NCBI GenBank assembly: GCA_965219995.1
Contig: CBDCOX010000002.1
Coordinates: 224,001 to 288,000 of the forward strand
Source: Candidatus Latescibacterota bacterium
Lineage (GTDB): Bacteria > Latescibacterota > UBA2968 > GCA-2709665
DNA: 64,000 bases
Direction: 5' to 3'
A program made the position numbers and the translations under genes. Below, in pieces: positions 20,036-28,873 of this stretch. The notes under the pieces are model-generated. The model saw only the letters and a list, made by a program, of their open reading frames with translations. It was not told the origin of the DNA and made no database searches. Positions within the stretch are counted from its first letter, which is position 1, and each line of letters starts with the position of its first letter.

Positions 20036-20758
20036 ATGAAACTGGAAGAGTCGAAAGTGCGGCAGTATGAGAACGAAGGATATACCGCGGTTGAAGGGCT
20101 GATTTCCACCGCCGAGGCCGCCGCGGTGCGAAAGCGGCTGATGGAATTGATGGACGGAGAGCATGACTGGCCGGACCTGCATTTTCAGGTCCTGGATCCC
20201 GCGAAGTTCCGCAATTCGAAGGATAAATTCGTACCGATCGGCGTCCAGAGGCCCGCCAGGCAGGAGGCCGTATTCCGGGAGGTTGCGGACCACGCCAATC
20301 TGAGGCGGGCGATGTCGCAGCTGCTGGGCGGGCCGGTGAAGCGATTTACGGATCAGGCGCTCATCAAGAACCGCGAGATCGACGGCCAGTCGTTCTATCA
20401 CCAGGACTCCTACTACTGGAAGATCGAGCCGAAGCGGGGGTGCAATGCCTGGATCGCGCTGGATGAGGTGGGGACGGACGCCAGCGCGCTGGGCATCCTG
20501 CCCGGGTCCCACGCGGACTGGACGCTGACCGCCCACGAACGCTATTACGATGAGCCCAATTACTACGCCGCGCGGACCGGCGAAGCGTTCACCCGCTGGC
20601 GGATTCCGACAGAGGGTGTCGACCTGTCCCGCGAAGTCGTACTGCCGATGCGGCCCGGAGACGCGGCTTTTTTCTCCAATTATACGTGGCACCGGTCGGA
20701 GGTGAACCGGTCGGGCGAGCACAAGACGGCCTACGCGATCGCGTACCAGTTGCGGTAG
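20036..20758 (+). CDS. Phytanoyl-CoA dioxygenase (PhyH) family Fe(II)/2-oxoglutarate oxygenase
   Basis: HQD...WIALD...LPGSH...PGDAAFF...HRS facial-triad pattern. Confidence 0.88.
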   Translation: MKLEESKVRQYENEGYTAVEGLISTAEAAAVRKRLMELMDGEHDWPDLHFQVLDPAKFRNSKDKFVPIGVQRPARQEAVFREVADHANLRRAMSQLLGGPVKRFTDQALIKNREIDGQSFYHQDSYYWKIEPKRGCNAWIALDEVGTDASALGILPGSHADWTLTAHERYYDEPNYYAARTGEAFTRWRIPTEGVDLSREVVLPMRPGDAAFFSNYTWHRSEVNRSGEHKTAYAIAYQLR

Positions 20759-20835
20759 ATCCCCACCGGCGGCGATGTGAGCGGCAAGTCCGGTGTACGC
20801 GCGGTTGCGTCGTCGAATGCTGAGAGAGGATCCGG

Positions 20836-22293
20836 ATGGTACGAAGAACGGAACGCGCGCCGACCTCCCGCGTGCGCTTTGGCTTTGCGCGGGTGGATAT
20901 AACGCCCCCGGTGGGGATCTACCATCGGATGTGGGGTGCGGCCCGGCACGACAGGTCGACGGGGGTTCATAGCCCCATTCTGGCCGACGTGCTGGCGTTC
21001 GGGTCGGTGGACGCGACGGGGGAAATCGCGCTGGTTCGGGCGCATCTGGACCTGGTCGGCCTGGTCGCCCAACAGTATGCGGCGCTCGTGAAGGCTCTCT
21101 GCGACGCCGCTGGGGTAGGGCCGGATCGCGCGGACGTGACGTTCTCGCACACCCATGCCTCGGGATGGTACGCACCGGATCGATTCGGCATGCCGGGTGG
21201 CGAACTGATACAACCGTTTCTGAAGGATGTCGGAGAGAAGCTCGCACGGGCCTGTACGAACGCGGTGGCGGGGATGCGGGAGGTGCTGATCACCTACGCG
21301 GACGGGCACTGCAGTATGGCGGCAGACCGGGATTACCGGGACGACGTGTTCGGCGGATACGTGTGCGGGTACAATCCGGAAGGAGACGGCGACGACACAT
21401 TGCTGGTGGGCAGGATCTGCGACGAGGAGGGGACGCCGGTGACAACGGTGGTGAATTACGGATGCCACCCGACGACGCTCGCCTGGGAAAATTCCCTGAT
21501 CAGCCCGGATTACGTGGGTGCGATGCGGGAGGAAGTCGAGAGGGTGACCGGTGCGCCGTGCACGTTCGCGCTGGCGCCCTGTGGAGACCTGGGACCGAAA
21601 CAGGGGTTTGTCGGAGACCTCGCGGCGGCCGAGAAGAACGGCCGGCAGCTCGGTTTTGCGGCGCTGTCCGTCCTGATGTCGATGGGCCCGCCGGGTATGG
21701 ACTTCGAATACCGGGGGCCCGTGATCTCGGGCGCCACGCTGGGCACGTGGGCGCATTCGGCATTCGGTCGGGAGCGTTTGCGGGCGGCTTCTCTCGTCAC
21801 CGGCGGCGTCTGGTCCGTGGACCTGCCGATGGTGGAGCGGCCCGACCGGGAAACGCTCCGGGAAGACGTGGCGCGGTGGACCGAGGCCCAGCGGGCCGCT
21901 GACGAGGACGGGGATGACCTGAAAGCCCGGTCCTGCGGCGCCCGGGCCGAACGGGCCCGGCGCTGGCTCGCGCGGGTCGCAAACCTGCCGCCTGGCGAGT
22001 CGTATCCCTATCGATTTTCGGTAACCCGAATGGGAGACGCGATCTGGGTGACCTGCGGCGGGGAACCGTACAGCGATCTTCAGGTCGCGTTGCGCCGGCG
22101 GTTTCCCGGGTTCTCGATTCTGGTTTCCCCGCTGGCGGGCAACGTACAGGTCGCTTACCTGCTGAGGAGAGACGCGTACGGCAAGGGATTGTACCAGGAG
22201 GAGCCGTCGAGTCTCGCGCCGGGCTGCCTCGAAATCCTGACCGAGGCCATCGCGGAACGAATCGAAAAACTCGTTGCTTTGGAAGCTTCTTGA
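20836..22293 (+). CDS. Neutral ceramidase N-terminal-like metallohydrolase, function unknown
   Basis: ARVDITPP, SHTHAS, NYGCHPT, ISPDY, CGDLGP. Confidence 0.65.
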   Translation: MVRRTERAPTSRVRFGFARVDITPPVGIYHRMWGAARHDRSTGVHSPILADVLAFGSVDATGEIALVRAHLDLVGLVAQQYAALVKALCDAAGVGPDRADVTFSHTHASGWYAPDRFGMPGGELIQPFLKDVGEKLARACTNAVAGMREVLITYADGHCSMAADRDYRDDVFGGYVCGYNPEGDGDDTLLVGRICDEEGTPVTTVVNYGCHPTTLAWENSLISPDYVGAMREEVERVTGAPCTFALAPCGDLGPKQGFVGDLAAAEKNGRQLGFAALSVLMSMGPPGMDFEYRGPVISGATLGTWAHSAFGRERLRAASLVTGGVWSVDLPMVERPDRETLREDVARWTEAQRAADEDGDDLKARSCGARAERARRWLARVANLPPGESYPYRFSVTRMGDAIWVTCGGEPYSDLQVALRRRFPGFSILVSPLAGNVQVAYLLRRDAYGKGLYQEEPSSLAPGCLEILTEAIAERIEKLVALEAS

Positions 22294-22307
22294 GTGGAGA
22301 CGTCGAC

Positions 22308-23192
22308 ATGGCGGAATTGAAATACGATGGCGGCGCCGATACGTATCGGTTCGAGACGGAAGCGATGACGGGTGAGATCCGCGCGTCGGGAAACTACCAC
22401 GGGGTGTGGACGCTTACGGACAAAGCCACGGGCAGACAGGTGATCCATCCGGAATATTCGGCACTGAACCTGTTCCGGCTGTTCGCGGTTCACCAGGGCC
22501 TGGACCAGCCGCGCCTTATGGACCGCACGATCGAAGCCGTGGACAAAGCCTTGGAAGTGCATTGGCCCGTTACCGAAACACACCAGGGCGCGCTGACTGC
22601 ACGGTACGAAGTGAACGAGCCCAACGTTGTCGATCTGACGGTGACGGTGAGTTGCGAAGGGACCTACGCGGGATATGAACTCTTCCTTTCCAACTATTTC
22701 CACAAGACACTGCGGCCGCACGTCTATCTCCACGGAAGCCGGTACGGCCGGGCGAGCACGGCGCCGGAGCTTGTCGTTCCCATGGTCAACGACGTCTTTC
22801 GCGGAACCGTCGTCGTATTTCCGCGGGACCCGCACGGAGCCCGGCGATGCGTGGACGGGCGGTGGAACCGTAGTGAGGGTAACTCGCCCACGGTGCAGAT
22901 GTGCCCGGTGCGGTATTATGGGTATCCGTTCTCCTTCCTGACGGACACCGCGAACCGGCTGGGCGTTGTGCTGATGTCCACGGTAGCGGACTGCTATGCC
23001 ATCAGTACGCGTTACCACGTGAACGACGAAGCCGATCGCATGACGGATTACAGCGCGTTCGACTTTTCGCTGTTCGGCGACGACCTGGTGCCCGGCAGCC
23101 GACGCACGGTCCGGATGCGGCTGGTATTGACAGAGCTCGATGAAGACATGTCCCAGCCTCTGGCGCACTATCGGGCGTTTGCAGGGGTTTGA
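22308..23192 (+). CDS. Hypothetical protein, probably beta-rich
   Basis: About 294-aa ORF directly after the previous gene, with GGAG RBS; no motif recognised. Confidence 0.6.
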   Translation: MAELKYDGGADTYRFETEAMTGEIRASGNYHGVWTLTDKATGRQVIHPEYSALNLFRLFAVHQGLDQPRLMDRTIEAVDKALEVHWPVTETHQGALTARYEVNEPNVVDLTVTVSCEGTYAGYELFLSNYFHKTLRPHVYLHGSRYGRASTAPELVVPMVNDVFRGTVVVFPRDPHGARRCVDGRWNRSEGNSPTVQMCPVRYYGYPFSFLTDTANRLGVVLMSTVADCYAISTRYHVNDEADRMTDYSAFDFSLFGDDLVPGSRRTVRMRLVLTELDEDMSQPLAHYRAFAGV

Positions 23193-23200
23193 CGGCGCCC

Positions 23201-23209
23201 TGCTATAAT
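23201..23209 (+). promoter_or_regulatory. Extended -10 promoter element
   Basis: TGCTATAAT about 120 bp upstream of the NHL gene. Confidence 0.4.
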
Positions 23210-23327
23210 GGCATTCAGGGCGCGGTTCGCCGTTGGGTCCCGAGTACAGGCCCCAATGCGCGGAATTCAGGGTACCGAATCGATTTCGGGGTTGAATCGC
23301 GGACGGCTTGTACCTATTTTTACACAG

Positions 23328-24521
23328 ATGAAATTACTGAAACAGTTGTGGGTTCGGCTCGTGTTGGTGGTCGGGGCTTCCGCGGCCGTGGCGGCCTGCG
23401 GAAAGACGCCACCCACCGTGGACGATGATTTATACGAAGAGTATCCAGGGTTGCCCTACGGGATCATGATCACCCTCGCCGGCACCGGAGATCCGGGCAG
23501 AAGTGCCGCGGGATCGGGTCCTCTTGATACGAACCTGTATTTCCCCCAGGACGTGGCCGTCGGACCCGGCGGCCGAACGTACATTCTGGACTGGAACAAC
23601 AATCGGGTTGTTGTGATCGACAACGGAATCGCCCGGCCGCTCATCGGTAACGGCGAGCCGGGCAAGGCGCTTGCAGGCCCCGCGCTGGAGACGGGGGTCG
23701 ATCACCCGACCCATATTTCTTTCGATCTCCAGGGGCGGCTGGTTCTGTCGGCGTGGCAGAATTCCACGATTCTGAGATACGACGCGACCTCGGGTCGCGT
23801 CGAACCGATTGCCGGGCGTGGAGACCGCGGGTTCGGGGGTGACGGCGGGCCCGCTCTCGAGGCTTCGCTGAACCTGCCGAGTTCCACGGTATTCGACCCG
23901 GCCGGTCGTATGTATATCTCGGACCAGGGCAACCTTCGCATAAGAATGGTGGATCTCAACGGTGTGATCTCCACCGTTGCGGGCACCGGACGGGAGGGGT
24001 TTTCCGGGGACGGCGGTCCGGCAGTCCTGGCCGACCTCTATGCGCCCACGGGAGACGCCGCGCAGCCGGGGGGCCGGATAGCGATGGATGGCCGGGGCAA
24101 CCTCTACATCGCCGATACGTTCAACAACCGCATCCGCATGGTGGACGCCACGGGCAGGATCAGTACGGTGGCCGGCGGCGGCAGCATCGGCCCCACAGCC
24201 GGAACGTATTCCGGAGACAGCGGCCCGGCGACTCAGGCCAGCCTTTCCCGCCCCAGCGACGTGGCCGTCGACGCGGAGGGAAATCTGTATATTGCCGATA
24301 CCGGCAACCACTGTATCCGGAAGGTGGATACGGAGGGGGTCATTACCACGCTTGCCGGGAGGTGCGGCGAGCCGGGTTTCAAGGGCGACAGCGACCATCC
24401 CCGGTGGGGCAAGCTCCGGAGTCCGTTCGGGGTCGCGCTCGATCAGGAAGAGAATCTGTACATCGCCGACACGTTCAACCATCGCATCCGCGTGGTGTAC
24501 AAGCACGTCGCCGAAAGATGA
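23328..24521 (+). CDS. NHL-repeat (teneurin-like) lipoprotein
   Basis: Signal peptide with lipobox VAAC; repeated GFSGDGGPA...L.xP.xVAVD.xGNLYIADT.N.RIR units. Confidence 0.88.
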   Translation: MKLLKQLWVRLVLVVGASAAVAACGKTPPTVDDDLYEEYPGLPYGIMITLAGTGDPGRSAAGSGPLDTNLYFPQDVAVGPGGRTYILDWNNNRVVVIDNGIARPLIGNGEPGKALAGPALETGVDHPTHISFDLQGRLVLSAWQNSTILRYDATSGRVEPIAGRGDRGFGGDGGPALEASLNLPSSTVFDPAGRMYISDQGNLRIRMVDLNGVISTVAGTGREGFSGDGGPAVLADLYAPTGDAAQPGGRIAMDGRGNLYIADTFNNRIRMVDATGRISTVAGGGSIGPTAGTYSGDSGPATQASLSRPSDVAVDAEGNLYIADTGNHCIRKVDTEGVITTLAGRCGEPGFKGDSDHPRWGKLRSPFGVALDQEENLYIADTFNHRIRVVYKHVAER

Positions 24522-24586
24522 TCCTTCGGGCATTCGCCCGCAGACAAAGCACAGGGGATCGAACGCGGCTCCCTGAGGGTTTGATA

Positions 24587-25087
24587 ATGGGTCGAATGCA
24601 ACGGCTCCGCATCACCGGTATCGTACTGACCGCGGGTCTGTTCATTTTTTCCGGTGATACCGCGGCCGCGGGGGATTTGCCCGACCCACTGCCCCGGGTG
24701 CAGGTCGTCACGCTCGAAGGAGATACGCTGAGTCTGACGGACGTCTGCAATGGGAAGACGTCCTTTGTCTATCTGTGGGCAACCTGGTGCAAGACATGCA
24801 AAAGGGAGTTGAAGCACGTCTACAGGTTGAGGAAGAAATACGGAGACAGGGTGCAGGTGTTCGGGATCGCGTGGAAGAACAGCGCGGAGGAAATACAGAC
24901 CTACTTCGCCGACAAGAAGGAATCGCTGCAAAGCTATATAGATTGGGATGGCCGGGTGTTCGATGCCTTCGAGACCCGATTGACGCCCACGGTTGTCATC
25001 GTAAACGCCCGGGGAGAGGTCCTTTTTTCGGGGTACGGTTCATTTCGAAAATACCGGAAGATTCTGGATAAGTCATTGAAGGGTTAG
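24587..25087 (+). CDS. TlpA/ResA-like thiol-disulfide oxidoreductase
   Basis: N-terminal signal/anchor, LWATWCKTC and cis-Pro motif TPTVVIVN. Confidence 0.85.
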   Translation: MGRMQRLRITGIVLTAGLFIFSGDTAAAGDLPDPLPRVQVVTLEGDTLSLTDVCNGKTSFVYLWATWCKTCKRELKHVYRLRKKYGDRVQVFGIAWKNSAEEIQTYFADKKESLQSYIDWDGRVFDAFETRLTPTVVIVNARGEVLFSGYGSFRKYRKILDKSLKG

Positions 25088-25101
25088 TCGCCGAAGGAGC
25101 C

Positions 25102-26082
25102 ATGACCATGAGACGCACGATACCTGGTTTCACGTTATTTCTGTTTGCGCATCTGGTTCTCGCAATCCAGCCCGTTCAGGCGCAGCCCGGCGTGAGCTGA
25201 CGCCGTCCCGTGCTCCCGGGCGGGAGAATGCTGCAGGGCAGTCTGATCACCAGGGACCTGCTGGTTCTGAGCGTGAATTACGAGTATGAGTACCTGGGCG
25301 ACGCAATGTACGGTACCGGGCCGATCCCCAACATCAACCAGGAAGTGACCAGCATGTCCACGGTATCCGTTTTTGCCAGTTACGGGGTCAAGGACTGGTT
25401 CGGCGCCGCCGTGGTTCTGCCGTTTCGTTCCATAACCAACGACAAAATCCTCCTTCCGGGTCAGTACGACAACCAGTATCAGGGCGGCAAGTACATACGG
25501 CATGCCGCGGGCCTCGGCGACGTCGTTCTGATGTTGAACTTTGCTCCTCCTCTGCCGGAATCATTGCCGGGCCTGCTCTTTTCTGCAGGCGTCAAACTCG
25601 CGAACGGGTCGACCCACGCGGTCGACGAATACGGCGAGCGCTTCGCCGACCTTCTGCAGGTGGGATCCGGAAGCATGGACCCCATTTTCTCCGTCAGTCT
25701 GTCGCGTGCATTCGACAGCCTGTTTTTCAACGGTATGCTGTTCACCCGCATCATTTCCCGCGAGAATGTTTACGGGTACAAATACGGGAACGAGTTTCAG
25801 GGCATCTTTTCGATGGATTATATGCACGGGGACAAGCTTGTTGCGGGTGTCAGCATGAATCACGTCTACACGTCGCGTGATTATTTCCAATATGGAAAGA
25901 TCGCCCGAAAACGCGGCGGGACATGGGTTTATCTCGCACCGAAGCTGGGCATACGGGCAACGGAGAGTCTGAGCCTCGAGGCCCGGCTGCCGCTACCGGT
26001 CTATCAGAAGGTGAACGAAAGCCAGTTGACGTCCGACTACCAGCTCCACGTGGGCGCCACGTATCACTTTTTCGCTCGTTAG
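25102..26082 (+). CDS. Outer-membrane beta-barrel ('transporter', phenol-MetA-deg-like) protein with in-frame UGA; candidate selenoprotein
   Basis: AAGGAG RBS, ATG 25102, signal peptide ending VQA, TGA at 25198-25200 in frame with ORF 25210-26082; GLGD, LQVGSGSMDP and aromatic C-terminus YHFFAR. Confidence 0.7.
25209..25230 (+). promoter_or_regulatory. Putative bacterial SECIS stem-loop
   Basis: CTCCC-GGGC-GGGAG hairpin (25213-25226) with a G-first loop 17 nt after the UGA; can extend by U-A, G-U and C-G pairs past one mismatch. Confidence 0.5.
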
Positions 26083-26097
26083 TGTCCGGAGGCTTCC

Positions 26098-26832
26098 GTG
26101 GCACCCAGAGAAACCGAGAAGATGTGGGCCGCTCTGGCGCCGTTCTACGACGTGATGTATCAGTGGAAGGATTACCGGGCCGAGTCGGAGCAAGTTCATC
26201 GGCTGATCCAGGCAAGGCGCGTGTCATCCGGCCGCTCCCTGCTGGACGTCGCGTGCGGGACCGGAGAACACACCCGGTTCTTGCGGGAACACTATGATGT
26301 TACCGGGCTCGATTTGAACCGGGAAATGTTGAAGGTGGCGCGAAACAAGAACCCGGGTATCCCGTTGCGCTGCGGCGACATGACCTCCTTCGACCTGAAG
26401 CGCCGCTTCGACGCCGTCGTCTGCCTGTTCAGTTCGATCGCCTACGTACGGACGTACCGGAACCTGAGGCGGTCGATCGCATGCTTTGAAAAACACCTGA
26501 AACCGGGCGGCGTCCTTGTGATCGAGCCCTTCTTCACGACCGGGACGTTTCTTCCGGGTTCGATCCACGGCGGCACCATGGAAGGAGAGGGCGTCAGAAT
26601 CTCCAGGCACAGCGTGAGCAGACGCCGCGGAAACCTGGCCGTTCTCGATTTCCATTTTCTCCTGTCCACAAAAAAGGGCGTACGATATTTCCACGACACC
26701 CACGAACTGGCCCTCTTCGACCCGTCGCGGTTCCTTGAAATCCTTTCGGACGCCGGGCTCCGCGCCCGGTATTGCGAGGATGGATTGACGCCGGGTCGAG
26801 GGCTGTACGTGTCGTTGAAAGCACTCCCGTAA
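26098..26832 (+). CDS. Class I SAM-dependent methyltransferase (TylM1/DesVI-like)
   Basis: LLDVACGTGEH, GLDLN, GDM, FDAVVCLFSSIAY, HLKPGG, GRGLYV; GGAGG RBS. Confidence 0.88.
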   Translation: MAPRETEKMWAALAPFYDVMYQWKDYRAESEQVHRLIQARRVSSGRSLLDVACGTGEHTRFLREHYDVTGLDLNREMLKVARNKNPGIPLRCGDMTSFDLKRRFDAVVCLFSSIAYVRTYRNLRRSIACFEKHLKPGGVLVIEPFFTTGTFLPGSIHGGTMEGEGVRISRHSVSRRRGNLAVLDFHFLLSTKKGVRYFHDTHELALFDPSRFLEILSDAGLRARYCEDGLTPGRGLYVSLKALP

Positions 26833-26892
26833 GCCTCCCCGCCAGGATCGTCGATGGGTCTGAAACCTTTGACCCCCGCAGCGTTTCCTCCT

Positions 26893-26920
26893 TTGACATC
26901 ATTCGGCCCTGCCGTATTAT
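26893..26920 (+). promoter_or_regulatory. Sigma70-type promoter of the methylamine cluster
   Basis: TTGACA-16 bp-TATTAT about 100 bp upstream of ATG 27019. Confidence 0.55.
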
Positions 26921-27018
26921 CTACCGACTACCCCCTGATGCATAGACGATTGAACGCGTAAGTGTGCGCAGCTCCCGGGTCCACGATTCTCCGAAGCTGA
27001 CGCCAGGAGTGACGGGTC

Positions 27019-28389
27019 ATGGATACACCCGGAAATGACGTTTCCGGAAACGGCCGGACCGGCCGGAACCCGCAGGTTCTGGGCAGGAATTTCATGTTTC
27101 CGCCCCAGGTGATCGACGACATCCACATCAAGGCCAATCTGGGTCGGTACCGCATGCGCGGCATGGCGCTCTTCAAGCAGATTCCATCGTGGGACGACCT
27201 GACGTTTCTTCCCGGAACGCTCACGAGGTTCGTCATCGAGGGATACCGCGAGAAATGCGAGACGCGGACGGTGATCGGACCACGGGCCGAACGGCCGCTC
27301 GAGCTGGATATTCCCATATATATTACGGGCATGAGCTTCGGCGCGTTGTCCTACGAGGCGAAGGTGGCGCTGGCAAGAGGTGCCACCATGGCGGGTACCG
27401 CGACCTGTTCGGGAGAAGGCGGCATGCTGCCCGACGAGCGCCGGTATTCCGAGAAGTGGCTCTACCAGTGCATCCAGTCCCGCTACGGGTTCAACCCGCA
27501 CCACATGCGTCTCGCCGACGGCGTGGAGTTCTTTATCGGACAGGGATGCAAGGTGGGCCTCGGCGGACATCTGATGGGCCAGAAGGTGACGGACCAGGTG
27601 GCCGAAATGCGTTCGCTGCCCGCGGGGATCGACCAGCGGTCGCCGGCGAGGCACCCGGACTGGCTCGGCCCCGATGACCTTGCCCTGAAGATCGAAGAGA
27701 TCCGCGAGGCGACCGACTGGCAGTTGCCCATTCAATTGAAACTCGGCGCGGCCCGGGTCTACGACGACGTGCGGATGGCGGCGAAGACGGGGCCCGACAG
27801 CATCTATATGGACGGGATGGAGGGCTCGACCGGGGCGGGGCCCCACCTTGCCACCGAGGAGACGGGCGTGCCGGGGATCGCGGCCATACGGCAGGCCAGA
27901 AAGGCGCTGGATGACGTGGGCAAGACCGGGGAGATCACGCTCGTATACGCGGGCGGGATTCGCAACGGAGCCGACGTTGCCAAGGCGCTTGCGCTCGGCG
28001 CCGACGTGGTGGCCATCGGCACGGCGGCGATGGTGGCGCTGAATTGCAACAAGGATATCCCCGAGGCGGACTACGAGGGCACGGTAGGCGTACCAGCGGG
28101 GCAATGCTACCACTGCCATACAGGACTCTGTCCCGTGGGCGTGGCCACCCAGGATCCGGTATTGCGCAGCCGGCTGGACCCGGATGAGGCGGCCGAGCGG
28201 GTGTATAACTTCCTGCATACGCTTGCGATCGAATGCCAGATGTTCGCCAGGGCCTGCGGCAAGACCGATGTCCATTCCCTGGAGCCGGAGGATCTCGCCG
28301 CGCTCACCATGGAAGCCTCCGCCATGGCGGAGGTCCCCCTGGCCGGCACCCGATATACCGTCGGGCATCCCGAAATGAACAGGTATTGA
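27019..28389 (+). CDS. glxD: FMN-binding glutamate synthase family protein (N-methylglutamate synthase subunit C type)
   Basis: GMSFGALS, GEGGM, GQGCKVGLGGHLMGQKV, RSPARHPDWLGPDDL, AGGIRNGADVAKALALGA, CYHCHTGLCPVGVATQD. Confidence 0.85.
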   Translation: MDTPGNDVSGNGRTGRNPQVLGRNFMFPPQVIDDIHIKANLGRYRMRGMALFKQIPSWDDLTFLPGTLTRFVIEGYREKCETRTVIGPRAERPLELDIPIYITGMSFGALSYEAKVALARGATMAGTATCSGEGGMLPDERRYSEKWLYQCIQSRYGFNPHHMRLADGVEFFIGQGCKVGLGGHLMGQKVTDQVAEMRSLPAGIDQRSPARHPDWLGPDDLALKIEEIREATDWQLPIQLKLGAARVYDDVRMAAKTGPDSIYMDGMEGSTGAGPHLATEETGVPGIAAIRQARKALDDVGKTGEITLVYAGGIRNGADVAKALALGADVVAIGTAAMVALNCNKDIPEADYEGTVGVPAGQCYHCHTGLCPVGVATQDPVLRSRLDPDEAAERVYNFLHTLAIECQMFARACGKTDVHSLEPEDLAALTMEASAMAEVPLAGTRYTVGHPEMNRY

Positions 28390-28419
28390 ACGGCGGAAAG
28401 ACAGGAACAGGAGACGCCG

Positions 28420-28857
28420 ATGGACGAAGCCAAAGACGTGAACTACTACCTGAAATCCACGGGGCTGGACTCGGACCGGGAGAAGGAAATCGGACAGCAC
28501 ATCGGATACCGGTACGATGTGAACCTGCCGCCCCACTACGGGCTTCTGACGCCGTTCCTGGAGCGGTACATCGAGGTGATGGGGTGGAGGGACCTGAACT
28601 GGCTGGAAGACGTACATATGGGATACGAAGACGGAAAGCCGGCAGTATTCGACCGGAACATCAATGGCTGGGTGCTGGTTCCCGAAGATATGCCCCTGCC
28701 CGACAACCAGCAGGAACGTGACATGATTGCGCGGGAGTTGCTCGTCAAGTTTCAGATGTCCGCAAAACATCCGATGATGGAACTTGGAGATGCCTACGGC
28801 CTGAAGCTGGAAGCCGAAGACGGCGAGCATGGAGCAGTCTCAAACCCGGCAACCTGA
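28420..28857 (+). CDS. Hypothetical protein, 145 aa, soluble and acidic
   Basis: AGGAG RBS; tightly placed between glxD and the ACAD-like gene; no motif recognised. Confidence 0.75.
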   Translation: MDEAKDVNYYLKSTGLDSDREKEIGQHIGYRYDVNLPPHYGLLTPFLERYIEVMGWRDLNWLEDVHMGYEDGKPAVFDRNINGWVLVPEDMPLPDNQQERDMIARELLVKFQMSAKHPMMELGDAYGLKLEAEDGEHGAVSNPAT

Positions 28858-28873
28858 AAACCCGGGAGGCGCA

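Noticed and set aside
25102-25200. 32-aa leader peptide, or pseudogene call for the barrel gene
   Set aside because: The peptide is a well-formed signal sequence in frame with the barrel and the rest of the gene shows no decay, so recoding is favoured. A single nonsense mutation cannot be excluded.
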